Source: an uncultured delta proteobacterium
GTDB taxonomy: Bacteria; Desulfobacterota; Binatia; Bin18
Direction: 5' to 3'
Length of the DNA stretch: 64,000 nt
NCBI GenBank assembly: GCA_963733195.1
Contig: CAVTCR010000074.1
Coordinates: 32,001-96,000, forward strand
In this document: positions 1 to 10,276 of the stretch, one piece after another
Numbering within the stretch: position 1 is the stretch's first letter
Layout of the letters: each line of letters starts with the position of its first letter
The notes under the pieces: model-generated
The model's input: only the letters and a program-made list of their open reading frames with translations
Told to the model about the DNA's origin: nothing
Databases searched by the model: none
Made by a program: the position numbers and the translations under genes

Positions 1-846
1 CGCACCAAACAGATTCGTATCGGCTCAGGCATCTGCCTCGTGCCGCTTCAGGACCCCGTTCGTGTCGCAGAAGAGTACGCGATGCTCGACTGCCTCTCCG
101 GTGGGCGACTCGAATTTGGCATTGGTCGTGGGTTTCAGAAAATGGAGTACGATGCCTTTGAACGAAACATGGGAGACAGCCGCGTGCTGTTCGAAGAAGC
201 ACACGATATCATCCTGAAAGCCTGGAGCGAGGAACGATTTTCCTACGAGGGCAAATTTCGCAAAATACACAATTTGAGAGTGATCCCCAAACCGCTCCAG
301 AAACTCCCCCCAATTTACGTTGCCTGCATCTTTACTGACGAGTCATTCCAGTGGACCGGCAAGATGGGCTACAACCTGATGACCGTCCCTTACGCAGCAG
401 CAAACTCCGAGTTCCTGGTGAGTAAAATCAATCTCTTCAACGACACCCGCAAGGCCCACGGTTACAGAACTGCAGCCGAAGTCCTCGGCGTATATCACTT
501 CTACTGTGGCGAAACCCCGGAGAAGGCAAAGGAAGAACCGCGAGAAGCGATGATGCGCTACCTGCATTCGGTAGTCGAAGCAAACCAGGAGTCCGCATAC
601 TCAGACCAGTACACAATTTATCAAGGCTTAAAACAGGCGTTTCAAGCGATAGATTATGATAACTACATGTATCCAAGCCGCGTGATCTTTGGTGATCCTG
701 ACCAATGTGTTGAACGAATCAAGCAAGTTCTGGCAGCAGGCATCACCAATGTGAGTTTGTTGATCAACTTTGGTGGTCTTGATCACGGCAAAATCATGGC
801 GTCGTTGGAACGGTTTGCGAAGTATGTGCTGCCAAGATTTCAGTGA
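1..846 (+). CDS. LLM-class flavin-dependent oxidoreductase (luciferase-like monooxygenase), 5' partial
   Basis: Frame is open from base 1 (RTKQIRIGSGICLVPLQDPVRVAEEYAMLDCLSGGRLEFGIGRG), a typical luciferase-family motif; ends ERFAKYVLPRFQ. Confidence 0.9.
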   Translation, partial: RTKQIRIGSGICLVPLQDPVRVAEEYAMLDCLSGGRLEFGIGRGFQKMEYDAFERNMGDSRVLFEEAHDIILKAWSEERFSYEGKFRKIHNLRVIPKPLQKLPPIYVACIFTDESFQWTGKMGYNLMTVPYAAANSEFLVSKINLFNDTRKAHGYRTAAEVLGVYHFYCGETPEKAKEEPREAMMRYLHSVVEANQESAYSDQYTIYQGLKQAFQAIDYDNYMYPSRVIFGDPDQCVERIKQVLAAGITNVSLLINFGGLDHGKIMASLERFAKYVLPRFQ

Positions 847-969
847 AGAATGAGTTAGTCAGTATGACAGATTAAAGAACAAAAACAGAAACGCTGTTTT
901 GATCCCGTTACATTCTTCAACTCTTAACTGTTACTTTTAACTCTTAACTGCCCAGAAAGGAGGGCTTAT

Positions 970-2094
970 ATGAAGATTCAATACTCCAAAGGCAAAGTTC
1001 CCAAACAAGCCCATGTCGCCATTCCCGAAGGGCTCTACGAAGAAGAGCATGGCCGCCAAGGCTTCTTCGGCCCGGCGACGCAGTTTTATCATACCCATCC
1101 GCCGACAGATTGGAAACGCATTGAAGGCCCACTACAACCACGGGCGTTCAACACCTATGATCTCAAGCCAACTGACCTCGATGACCCACGGGGCGAGCCA
1201 GCAAAGGTGCTCTACAACAACGACGTCGCCCTGTTTATCTCACGTCGTTCGGAGCCGATGCCGTTTTGTTTCCGCAACGGCGATGGTGATGAAGTCCACT
1301 TCATGCACAAAGGCCGTGGCGTACTCCAAAGTGACTTCGGCCCACTTTCCTACACAGAGGGTGACTATATCGTCATCCCCAAAGGAACGAATTATCGAAT
1401 CGTTCCCGAGACGCGCGACAATTTCTCGTTGATCATGCAATCCCGTGGCTCGATTCGCTTTCCCGAGCGGTCCGGGATCGGCCACTATGCCCCGTTCGAT
1501 TACGACGTAATCGAGACACCAGAACCTGCTGCCGTGACAGAACAGCGGTCAGAGTGGGAACTGCGTGTACGTCGTCGCGGCGAGTACACCTCCGTGTTCT
1601 ATGACTTCTGTCCTCTTGATGTTATCGGTTGGAAAGGAACACATTCAGTTTTCAAACTAAATGTGAAAGACTTTCGCCCATTGATGAGTGACGGCGTGCA
1701 TTTGCCACCGAGCGCGCATGGTACGTTTGAAGCACCAGGCTTCGTCATTTGTACCTTCGCTCCGCGTCCACTCGAAGGTGACCCCAAAGCGTTACGAGTA
1801 CCGTGGTATCATCGCAATATTGATTACGATGAGGTTTTCTTCGTCCATAGCGGCGAGTTCACCCTGAGTCGCCGCAGCGGGACGACGCCGTTCGGCGTGA
1901 TGTCACTCAACCCACAAGGACTTCATCATGGCCCACAACCTGGCGTGTGGGAGAACAGTGTCAAGAACTGGCAGAAAGACGCACGATTGGAATTCGTGGC
2001 GATTAACCTCGACACCGAAGAACCACTCTTCATGACACCAGAAGTACAAGGCATCGAGATCAAGGGATACGCGGATCTGTGGGCGAAAAAGTAG
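970..2094 (+). CDS. Homogentisate 1,2-dioxygenase family protein
   Basis: EEHGRQGFFG N-terminus, FRNGDGDE, PWYHRNIDYDE and HHGP iron-ligand motifs. Confidence 0.85.
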   Translation: MKIQYSKGKVPKQAHVAIPEGLYEEEHGRQGFFGPATQFYHTHPPTDWKRIEGPLQPRAFNTYDLKPTDLDDPRGEPAKVLYNNDVALFISRRSEPMPFCFRNGDGDEVHFMHKGRGVLQSDFGPLSYTEGDYIVIPKGTNYRIVPETRDNFSLIMQSRGSIRFPERSGIGHYAPFDYDVIETPEPAAVTEQRSEWELRVRRRGEYTSVFYDFCPLDVIGWKGTHSVFKLNVKDFRPLMSDGVHLPPSAHGTFEAPGFVICTFAPRPLEGDPKALRVPWYHRNIDYDEVFFVHSGEFTLSRRSGTTPFGVMSLNPQGLHHGPQPGVWENSVKNWQKDARLEFVAINLDTEEPLFMTPEVQGIEIKGYADLWAKK

Positions 2095-2127
2095 GAGGCT
2101 AGGAACTATAGGTGTCCGAAATCATTT

Positions 2128-2282
2128 GTAGCGAACGCCATTCATGCTTCGATTATTCTGGATTACGCTTAGCACGAACGGGTACAGAAACCTCGTCTGA
2201 GCGTAGCGTAGCGAAGTCGAAGGACGGACAGGGAGTTTTACGGCATATCTCATTTAATCGTGGCGGGCATAGCCCACCTACG
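2128..2282. repeat. Degenerate REP-like palindromic cluster
   Basis: catgcttcga...cttagcacgaacgg / ctgagcgtagc...agtcgaaggacg arms plus a gtggcgggcatagcccacctac hairpin, between convergent genes. Confidence 0.5.
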
Positions 2283-2439
2283 GGTTCTGTGGGTGCAAAG
2301 AAGGGCAGGCTGTGCCTGCCATTGTCAACTGGCACTCCACAGCTGAGGGTGTCGCCAATACGGGAGTTGGGGGTTGGTTTTGGGTTTCCTTCTTTTCTAC
2401 TGGTCCCCAACTCCTGACTCCCGACCTCTGTGATTCGTC

Positions 2440-3316
2440 TTAGCGCGGCGCAAACGCCTCAACCGCTTTGAGGTCAGGAAGGGACTCATTGTCCGACCGG
2501 ATCGGCAGAATACACACATGCGTCGCACCGGCCTTCAGGTGTGCATCAATACGGTCACGAATTTTCGTCCTCGCTTCCCCAGGCGACAATATCATCGACC
2601 AGCCGATCGCTACAACCGTCGGCGAACTCAGCATCTCCATACCCGAGCGCTTTTAAGTTATTCGTATAGTTCGGCAGTCGAGGAACGTAGGTCTTCATGT
2701 ATTGCCGCGCCATCGTGCGCGCTTTGGTCGCGTCACTTCAAGGATTACTGCCTGTGCGGCACAGATCCATGGCTTCGGACCGATTTGCGCACGGACCTTC
2801 GTCAGTATGCTCTGGTGGCACAAAATACGTGTGCGTCCCTTGAGTTTCGGCTGCTGACAACGCCAGCATCTTCGGATGCAGCGCAGCAATCACGATCGGT
2901 ACGGGTTCCTTCGGCTCGGGTGCCCGATAGAGCGCGCTTTTCATCTTCGGCAGATATTCCTTCATGTAGCTGTACGGCTTGTCGTAGCTATGCCCGCGGA
3001 GATTCGCTACCAATGGTTTGTGGCTTACGCCAATCCCGAGCACGAAACGTCCGCCTGAAAGTTCGGCAACTGTCTTCGACGCAGCAGCCATCGTAATCGG
3101 ATCTCGCGCCCAGATATTCGCGATGCCTGTGGCAATAGACAGACGTTCCGTACGGCTCAACAAGTACGCAGCATGGGGGAACGGCTCACGTCCAACCGCT
3201 TCTGGAATCCACAGCGCTTTGTACCCATGTTTCTCAACCGTCTGCGCAAACTGTGCGCTCTCCGGACCTGACATCGCATCAAGAAAGAACCAAATACCAA
3301 TTTTGCCAATGTCCAT
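2440..3316 (-). CDS. LLM-class F420-dependent oxidoreductase (TIGR03620-like), several frameshifts in the 3' third
   Basis: GYKALWIPEAVGRE, ATGIANIWARD, GRFVLGIGVSH and AALHPKML; the C-terminal pieces (WICAAQAVIL; AHLKAGATHVCI) lie in other frames. Confidence 0.8.
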
Positions 3317-3439
3317 AGAACCTCCTCACTCATCTCTAGATCGCGGATTAATACCATGATTTGCCGTGGTACACAGCGGCCTAAATCGAACTACAGCACC
3401 TTGGGGCAGTTCTTCACTCGTTGCCGTATCCCCTTCCCC

Positions 3440-3615
3440 ACTCACTCTGAGCCCTTCGCTTCCGCTCATTCTGAGTGTAGGCGCATAGCGCCGAAGTCGA
3501 AGAACGCTCAGGATAAACTACGCCGCGTTAGCGGCGAAGTCGGAGAGCACGACTCTAGCAGGTTTACGAGCCTTCGACTTCGCTTATGACGGCATGGCGT
3601 AGTCCAGCGTTTCGA
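3440..3615. repeat. Composite REP-like element
   Basis: cccttcgcttccgctc...ctgag...gaagtcgaag...ctcaggataaact...cttcgacttcgct motifs shared with the elements at ~2.2 kb and ~6.9 kb. Confidence 0.55.
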
Positions 3616-4829
3616 CTATTCCAATACACCCGCAGCCACAAGCTCGGTAATCTGTTCTTCGCTGTAGCCGAGGAGCGTTTCCAGCACGTATTGGTTATCG
3701 CGGCCGATAGTTGCAGCGCTCCCGGTAATCTGCGCCGGAGTACGCGACAGGCGGAAGCGTGAGCCTTCCACCGTCGTTGTTTCGTACTTGGGGTGCGTAA
3801 GCTGAACAAAATGCCCCCGATGTTGCAGTTGTGGGTCGCTGTACATCTCCCCCATCGATCGCACAGCTGTCGCTGGAACACCGCGCGCCTGCAACTCTTG
3901 CTCTAGCTGGAACGGATCTTTCTCCTTCGTCCACGCGCTCAGTAGCTCGTCCAGTTCGTCCTGACGTGTCAACCGTGCAGCGAGCGTTGCAAAGTGCGGA
4001 GCAGTAACGAGATCGAACCGATCCATGACTCTACACAAGCTGTTCCATTGGTCGTCGTTCGTCACAGCAATCGCAATCCAGTGATCGACTCCAGTCGTCG
4101 GATACACGCCATGAGGAGCGTAGTTGACGTCACGGTTACCCATGCGTTGTTGCACTCGCCCATTAACAGCCGTGTCCAGTAGCGCTGACCCGAGGAAGTG
4201 CAGCGAGGCTTCTGCCTGCGAGAGATCGATATGCTGCCCCTGACCAGTACGATCGCGGTATTCTAGTGCTGCTAAAATCGCCGCCGCGTTAAACCACGGC
4301 GCAATATAATCGGTATACGCTCCAAATGGCCCTGCCGGTGGACGGTCCGGCCAACCAGCAATATTTGTAAACCCAGCAATTGCTGCAGCCAAATTTCCAA
4401 AGCCCGCATACTGTGCCATCGGCCCGGTCTGGCCCATGAGACAGGTGCTGAGCATGATGATGTTCGGTTTGATCTGGCGCAGCGATTCGTAGTCGAATCC
4501 CCACGCCCGCATCGCCTTCGGTGAAAACGACTCGGTCACAACATCCGCCCAGCGCACCAAGTCGAGGACTACGGAACGCGCTTCTGCCTTCGAGAGGTCA
4601 AGCGTCAGCATCCGCTTGCCGACGTTCATATTGAAAAACAGTCCGGAATTCTCAGCTCCCGGCTTGCCGTTAATGAACGGCCCAACCGTGCGGGTCGCAT
4701 CGAAGCGGTGCGCTGATTCAACACGAACAACCGTAGCCCCATAATCGGCTAACATCCGAGTTGACCCCGGTCCGGCAATAGCCCACATGAAGTCAAGAAC
4801 TTTTATGTCGGAGAGTGGTTGGGTTGCAT
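3616..4829 (-). CDS. CoA-transferase family III (CaiB/BaiF)
   Basis: VLDFMWAIAGP, LADYGATVVRVE, NVGKR and ADVVTESF motifs. True start is probably the ATG at 4829 with a 1-nt slip (M.TQPLSDIKVLDF). Confidence 0.88.
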
Positions 4830-4888
4830 AAGCCTCACAGTCTGTATCGATTATGCTTACTCGTCAGTCAACCTGAACGTGAAGGCCT

Positions 4889-4977
4889 TGTCATTCTGAG
4901 ACGTAGCACAGCGGAGGCGAAGAATCTCTCCCATCCCCTCCACCGGATTCTTCGTCGCTACACTCCTCAGAATGACA
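4889..4977. repeat. REP-like inverted repeat (TGTCATTCTGAG...CTCAGAATGACA)
   Basis: 12-bp terminal inverted repeat with internal gaagaatc/gattcttc arms; related copies at 16753 and 35267. Confidence 0.8.
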
Positions 4978-5024
4978 TCCCCCGAATTCACATGATTGAT
5001 TACAGCTCAAATGACTCCGTGCGT

Positions 5025-6245
5025 TCATTGAGCAAGTTGCTGCTCCGTCAATCCGAGTTCATCGCGATAGATTTCCCCATTATGCTCACCGACTGTTGGT
5101 GGTCGCCGACGATAGCGTAACGGGCTCGCACTGAACTTAGCGAAAGGACCAGGATAACGAACGGCCTGGCCTAACTCTGGGTGTTCGAGCGCTTGCCAAT
5201 ATCCACGTGAGGTGAGTTGTTCACTCCCTAGGACTTCCTCAGTCGTCTGAACTGGCGCAATTAACAACGCTCGTTTAAGCGCCTCTTGTAATAGTTCTGC
5301 CTTGGTCTTGCTGGCACTGAATCGCTCAACAATGCCGACGAGGCGCTCGTACTCTTTGAGTACCTCTGGATCACCAAGAAAAATGCTGCCAAACACCACC
5401 CAGTCTTTGTCACGTGTGGCGGCATCACAAAACCCCTCTTCACACACCCACTGCATCAATCTTTTGGTGAAATGGGCAAACGCCGAACCAAAGAGAAAAC
5501 CAATTGAGACATATCCATCTTTGGCTGGCCATACGAGGCGAACATTGACTGGCCCCATTTTCACCCCACCTGCTAGCCGTTGGAAATCGCGTTCGCCGAG
5601 CGGTGCAGCTAGCAAACTCGACTGCGTTGCTTGGGCAACCGCTTGCTGCGCTGAAACATCGACATGTTGTCCGCGTCTGGAACGTTGCCGCTCGTGGTGT
5701 GCGATCAAAGCCGCAGCCGCAGCTTGTCCACTCGCATGGAGATACCCTTGCGGAACACTCACTCGTACCGGTGCCCGATCTTCGTCTCCCGTCAGGACTA
5801 ACGCCCCCCCGGCAGCCAGAATAACCAGATCACTGTCGACGTATCCGACTTTCGGTCCATCTTGACCAAACGGCGTAATCGACACGTACACCAGCGCCGG
5901 GTTGATTCTCGCAAGATCCTCATACCCACATCCACACTGAGCGAGCACTCCAGGATTGTCAGATTCAATAACAAAGTGTGCCGTCGTTGCAAGCCGATGC
6001 AAGAGGGCGCGCCCGTCGTCATGGTCAAGATTGAGCGTGATGCTTCGCTTGTTGCGATTATTGGCCCACCAATACAACGACCGATCCGGGTGTGGCTCAT
6101 CGTGATAAAATGGAGCCAACCACCGCGCCGGAGAGCCTCCGGGTGGTTCAATTTTGATGACGTCAGCCCCGAGGTCGCCGAGAATTTGACCGCAGAGCAG
6201 GCCACGTTCTGTGGTAAGGTCGAGGACTCGATACGGACTGAGCAT
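5025..6245 (-). CDS. CoA-transferase family III (CaiB/BaiF)
   Basis: RVLDLT...LGDLGADVIKIEPPGG, NRNKRS and GRGQHVDVS-like motifs; tandem with the downstream paralogue. Confidence 0.9.
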   Translation of the reverse strand: MLSPYRVLDLTTERGLLCGQILGDLGADVIKIEPPGGSPARWLAPFYHDEPHPDRSLYWWANNRNKRSITLNLDHDDGRALLHRLATTAHFVIESDNPGVLAQCGCGYEDLARINPALVYVSITPFGQDGPKVGYVDSDLVILAAGGALVLTGDEDRAPVRVSVPQGYLHASGQAAAAALIAHHERQRSRRGQHVDVSAQQAVAQATQSSLLAAPLGERDFQRLAGGVKMGPVNVRLVWPAKDGYVSIGFLFGSAFAHFTKRLMQWVCEEGFCDAATRDKDWVVFGSIFLGDPEVLKEYERLVGIVERFSASKTKAELLQEALKRALLIAPVQTTEEVLGSEQLTSRGYWQALEHPELGQAVRYPGPFAKFSASPLRYRRRPPTVGEHNGEIYRDELGLTEQQLAQ

Positions 6246-6309
6246 ACGCTACCTCTCTACACGAGCAATGAAGACCGGCAATTTGATTTTGCAGGTCAGG
6301 CAGGGATGG

Positions 6310-6396
6310 CGTCATTCCCGCGAAAGCGGGAATCCAGGAGGCATGATTATAGACCAGTGTCAATTCTCCTGGATGCCAGCCTTCGCTGGCATGACG
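6310..6396. repeat. REP-like element with ATTCCC-N8-GGGAAT core
   Basis: cgtcattcccgcgaaagcgggaatccag...ctggatgccagccttcgctggcatgacg; two hairpins in inverted orientation. Confidence 0.8.
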
Positions 6397-6449
6397 AGAC
6401 CGCCCCCATCAAATCAAGGCGATGAGGTACTCAGTTATCCCATCCCTTC

Positions 6450-6761
6450 CTACTTAAGAGGCGAGAAGCTAGCCGGAGTAAGAATCTTGTTATACTGACT
6501 GACAATCATGCTTTGGGCTTTTGGTCGGAAGGCTTGCAGTTGCGGATCAGCGCCTTGTGCTTCACGAGCACGGGTTCGATGTGCAAGGTCTTCATAGGCC
6601 CAAATGTGCACGACCTCATTCAGCGGGCCCACTTCTGTAGACCACCACCCCACGAGCTTGGAGTATTTGCTAATAACCGGTAGTGCTTCTTTTTCGATCA
6701 GCGCTTGAAACTCCGGCACCTTCCCCGGCTGTAACGTGTACACTCGCATCTCATACACCAT
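6450..6761 (-). CDS. NIPSNAP family protein
   Basis: YEMRVYTLQPGK, GWWSTEVGPLNEVVHIWAYEDL and PASFSPLK. Confidence 0.9.
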   Translation of the reverse strand: MVYEMRVYTLQPGKVPEFQALIEKEALPVISKYSKLVGWWSTEVGPLNEVVHIWAYEDLAHRTRAREAQGADPQLQAFRPKAQSMIVSQYNKILTPASFSPLK

Positions 6762-6886
6762 AGTACGTCCCTCCTTTAGATACTGTCTGCCGTTTTTAGG
6801 CGCACTTCCGACTCAGTGTCAATGCTACGATTGAAAGCATGGAGTATCGTCAAGCTATGAGCGAGTCTGCAAACCAGAAGTCCTCT

Positions 6887-7009
6887 GTCATTGCGAGGAG
6901 CCCCTTCGGCTGTGTTCAGGATAAACTCCGGCGACGTAGCAATCTCTTTTTCAGGCAAAGATTGCTTCGCGTAGCCTGTCCTGAGCTTTGTCGAAGGGCT
7001 CGCAATGAC
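6887..7009. repeat. Nested REP-like element (GTCATTGCGAG...CTCGCAATGAC)
   Basis: 11-bp terminal inverted repeat, gcaatct/agattgc arms, with internal cttcgg..tcaggataaa and ctgagctttgtcgaaggg units. Confidence 0.8.
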
Positions 7010-7036
7010 TTGGCTTTGCGAGTTTATAGACGTCCT

Positions 7037-8242
7037 CTATTGCGTCTCCTGCATACGTGGCCCGGTCTCTTTGATGAACAAAAACAGAAGTGCCGACAAG
7101 GCATAACACACTCCGCCGAACGCGAATCCGGCTACCGGAGTCATTTCTGCCAACCACGTACAAATCAGTGGCCCAACAAAGCCGCCGAGGTATCCGGCAG
7201 TGACAGCAACACCCAGTGCTGATCCCGCCAGCGCTGGGCCGACGCCCGCCATTTCTAGCGGGATCACAAACGCGATCGGTGCTGCTCCCGCGGCAAATCC
7301 CCACACTGCCGCCGCAATCCATAATGGAACCCCAACGAGAAATGCCCCGGAAATAATCAACACTCCTGTGGCAAACATACACGGCACATAGAATGTCTTC
7401 CGTAAACCAACACGATCTGACATCGTTGGCAACACAAACGCGCCAGCAACAAAGACCCACATAACAATGGAAAGTACAACGCCCGCGGCAGGAGCACTCA
7501 TCCCTTGCACCGAGACGAAATACGTTGGCGCATAGCCAATCAGCGCAATGTATCCGCCCAAGAATAAGAAGTAACAACCAGCGACTATCCATACATCCCG
7601 TACTTGGAGAACCCGACGCAAGGAGGCGCTAATACTGAGTTGCTCAGTATTCTGCACTGTGGTCACGACTCGATCTTTCACCGTCACGAGCCACAATACT
7701 CCGAGCGCTACTGTCGCAACACCCAACACATAGGTGAGCGGACGCCACCCTCCAAAGCTACCAACGACAAGCGGAGTCAGCACGGTTGCGAGTCCGGCAC
7801 CCACGCCATAGCCGGCCTGCGTTACGCCATTCGCGAGACCAAATTCCTCTGGTGGAAACCACATACCCAATGCTTTGGGAACATTAGAGAACGTCACAGC
7901 GAGTGCAAGACCGAAAAGTAGCATCCACACGTACAATGAACCGAAGCTTGTCGCCGTGCCACGAAGAAGCAGGAACACTCCCATGAAGATTGTGCCAAGA
8001 CCGACAGAGAGGCGAATTCCGAATCGATCTCCTAATACCCCACCAATAATTGCGAACAGCACCGTGCCCAGCGAAATCGCCGACCACAACGTTCCCCAGT
8101 CGGACATCTCAAGCCCGAGTTCTTGCAAGACCGGAGACACGAGCATTACGATGTATGTCCAGCCCATGCCGAAGGCGGTCACAAAGATTAAAAATGCATT
8201 GGTTAACACCCACCAGCGATAGGCGACTTGCTCATTCCCCAC
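7037..8242 (-). CDS. MFS transporter
   Basis: About 12 hydrophobic segments with motif A (GVLGDRFGIR; SDRVGLRK). Start placed at GTG 8242 after an aaggggga RBS. Confidence 0.88.
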   Translation of the reverse strand: MGNEQVAYRWWVLTNAFLIFVTAFGMGWTYIVMLVSPVLQELGLEMSDWGTLWSAISLGTVLFAIIGGVLGDRFGIRLSVGLGTIFMGVFLLLRGTATSFGSLYVWMLLFGLALAVTFSNVPKALGMWFPPEEFGLANGVTQAGYGVGAGLATVLTPLVVGSFGGWRPLTYVLGVATVALGVLWLVTVKDRVVTTVQNTEQLSISASLRRVLQVRDVWIVAGCYFLFLGGYIALIGYAPTYFVSVQGMSAPAAGVVLSIVMWVFVAGAFVLPTMSDRVGLRKTFYVPCMFATGVLIISGAFLVGVPLWIAAAVWGFAAGAAPIAFVIPLEMAGVGPALAGSALGVAVTAGYLGGFVGPLICTWLAEMTPVAGFAFGGVCYALSALLFLFIKETGPRMQETQ

Positions 8243-8330
8243 ACGCTCCCCCTTTACGGCAGATTGAGTTCTCTCTCTATGACCTTTTCCGCAGCAAAGG
8301 CAAGGGAGTAGAGCAAAAGAGATCGGCAAT

Positions 8331-8921
8331 CTATCGTTTGCGTCCGACGTAGTACGTGTAATCTTCAGGCGTATCGATATCAGCGAGGATACCGGGATCA
8401 TCGAGCGGAATCTCGCGCACTCGAGAGGGATCTTTACGCACGATGACTTTCGCTCCTTGGTCAAGCGGCGCGGCGAGAATCTCGCCATAGATCTGGCTAG
8501 AGAATAACACCGGGTGACCTCTCTTGCCTTGATATGAGGCAATGAGGATCGGCAACGGTGCGGCTCGAAACGAGGAGATAAGGGTCTGAATTGTCTCAGT
8601 CTCGATCATCGGGTGGTCAACGAGGTTAACAATTGCCGCTTCACTCTCGGGCGAGAGCGTTCCGATACCAACCATGAGTGAGGAGAGTTGGCCGAGAGTA
8701 TAACGTGCATTGACGACAGTTCGGAGTTTCGGATGTGTCGGTAAAGCTTGTCGTAGTTCATCGGCACGGGCCCCTAGAACAACAATCAGTTCATCCACAC
8801 CTGCAGTGACAAAGGCGTTGCAGATGCGCGCGATGAAAGTCTGCCCTTGGTAATGGAGCAGCGCCTTGGCTGATCCCATGCGGCGGGACTCACCGGCAGC
8901 GAGGAGAATGGCGGAGATCAT
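8331..8921 (-). CDS. Molybdenum cofactor cytidylyltransferase-like nucleotidyltransferase (MocA/YgfJ)
   Basis: LLAAGESRRMG.AKALL, DHP, GHPV and DIDTPEDY; adjacent to an XdhC gene. Confidence 0.85.
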   Translation of the reverse strand: MISAILLAAGESRRMGSAKALLHYQGQTFIARICNAFVTAGVDELIVVLGARADELRQALPTHPKLRTVVNARYTLGQLSSLMVGIGTLSPESEAAIVNLVDHPMIETETIQTLISSFRAAPLPILIASYQGKRGHPVLFSSQIYGEILAAPLDQGAKVIVRKDPSRVREIPLDDPGILADIDTPEDYTYYVGRKR

Positions 8922-8967
8922 AGTACGTATTTGTGGATTGGCGATTGCGGATTGGTGATTGAAGGCA

Positions 8968-9026
8968 CCCTCACCCTAGCCTCCTCCGACTACGCGAAGG
9001 ACAAGCTCTCCCATCGAGGGAGAGGG
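8968..9026. repeat. CCCTCACCC...CTCTCCC-GGGAGAGGG palindromic repeat with insert
   Basis: ccctcaccctagcc...ctctcccatcgagggagaggg hairpin in an intergenic gap. Confidence 0.55.
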
Positions 9027-9048
9027 AACAGAAAAACAAGAACCAACA

Positions 9049-10200
9049 TCATCCGTTAAACTTCAACGGTCCACTAGGTCGCGCTTTGGCCGCAATCGAG
9101 ATGGTATCAACAGGTCCATTGCGACGAACACGGACAATTTCCGCTGCAATCGCGACCGCAATCTCTGCTGGGGTCTCAGCAGCAATATCCAATCCCATTG
9201 GCGTGTGCACGCGACTGAGTTCTTCCGGACTGTAGCCTTGTTCGACTAAGCGTTCGAGTGTTGCTTTCGCTCGACGTTTGCTGCCGATCATACCGAGGTA
9301 TGCAGGCTTCCGTCTCAGCACTGCTTTCACTGAGGCTTCGTCCCACACATGGCCGCGGGTCACAACCACAACAAAGCTGTGTTCGTTGATTTCCAGACTA
9401 TTGAGCGTTTCAACGAACGCTCCAACTCGAACGTCGGTGGCACGTGGGAAGCGCTCACGATTGGCGAACGCATGACGGTCATCGATGACAATCGTGCGAA
9501 AACCTAACATCTGCCCCATTTCACATAGCGGTTGGGCAATATGCCCAGCACCAACAATCACAAGTGTTTGTTGCCCTGGTTGAACATCGACAAACACGCG
9601 TGGCCAGTCTTGTCCACGAGCAACCGCATCCTCGACCACCTCGCCTTGTGGAGAGACAGAGAACAATTGTGGAATACCGGCAGTAATGGAGCTACTGAAC
9701 GTCTGAACAGTCATGGGATCAAGATGAACACTCGGAGTGAGTTTCGTCCCTTCCGCTCCTAGCGAGAGACAGCTTTTTGCTCCAGCAGGCAAATCCGTCA
9801 CTGCGTTGATTGCCGTCACCAAGGCCGTCGGACGACGCGCTCGGGTGGCTTCAGCAAGTGCATGTACTAACTCACGGTCCTCTTCAGGCCGCCATAGATC
9901 AAGGGCAACATCCATCAACCCACCACAGACCTGAATTTCGTCTTGGTCGAAGTCGCCAGTGAGGTCGACTTCAACAACACGTGGTGGTTGATTCTCCTCA
10001 AATAGCGGATACGCGCGGCGTAATACCTCGCCTTCGCCGCAGCCACCGCCAATGGTTCCGAACGGTTGGCCTTCGCGCGGCACAACCATTTTCGCTCCTA
10101 CTTCGCGCGGGACTGAGCCACGGGTGCGAATAATCGTGGCTAAAACAAAAGGCTTTCCAGCCGTCAGTAATTCTTCAGCACGATCCCAGAGATTGTCCAT
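9049..10200 (-). CDS. XdhC/CoxI family molybdoenzyme accessory protein
   Basis: GSVPREVGAKM, GTIGGGCGE, CGG, GAGHIA, YLGMIGSKRR and GLDIAAETPAEIA. Confidence 0.92.
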   Translation of the reverse strand: MDNLWDRAEELLTAGKPFVLATIIRTRGSVPREVGAKMVVPREGQPFGTIGGGCGEGEVLRRAYPLFEENQPPRVVEVDLTGDFDQDEIQVCGGLMDVALDLWRPEEDRELVHALAEATRARRPTALVTAINAVTDLPAGAKSCLSLGAEGTKLTPSVHLDPMTVQTFSSSITAGIPQLFSVSPQGEVVEDAVARGQDWPRVFVDVQPGQQTLVIVGAGHIAQPLCEMGQMLGFRTIVIDDRHAFANRERFPRATDVRVGAFVETLNSLEINEHSFVVVVTRGHVWDEASVKAVLRRKPAYLGMIGSKRRAKATLERLVEQGYSPEELSRVHTPMGLDIAAETPAEIAVAIAAEIVRVRRNGPVDTISIAAKARPSGPLKFNG

Positions 10201-10276
10201 AACGTTTCGATCCTATTGAACCCAAACTATGACATCAACAAATTCTTCCTGAAAGACGACCCACATGCAATGCGCG

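Noticed and set aside
2112-2417. Short ORFs across REP-rich gaps (also 3356..3589, 4815..5120 and 6211..6498)
   Set aside because: These are translations of palindromic repeat DNA with no RBS or protein-like motifs.
7037-8542. Extended N-termini in the ORF track (this MFS; also 51385..52743, 46971..48365 and 59776..60612)
   Set aside because: The extensions overlap neighbouring genes or non-coding DNA, and downstream starts fit family lengths better.
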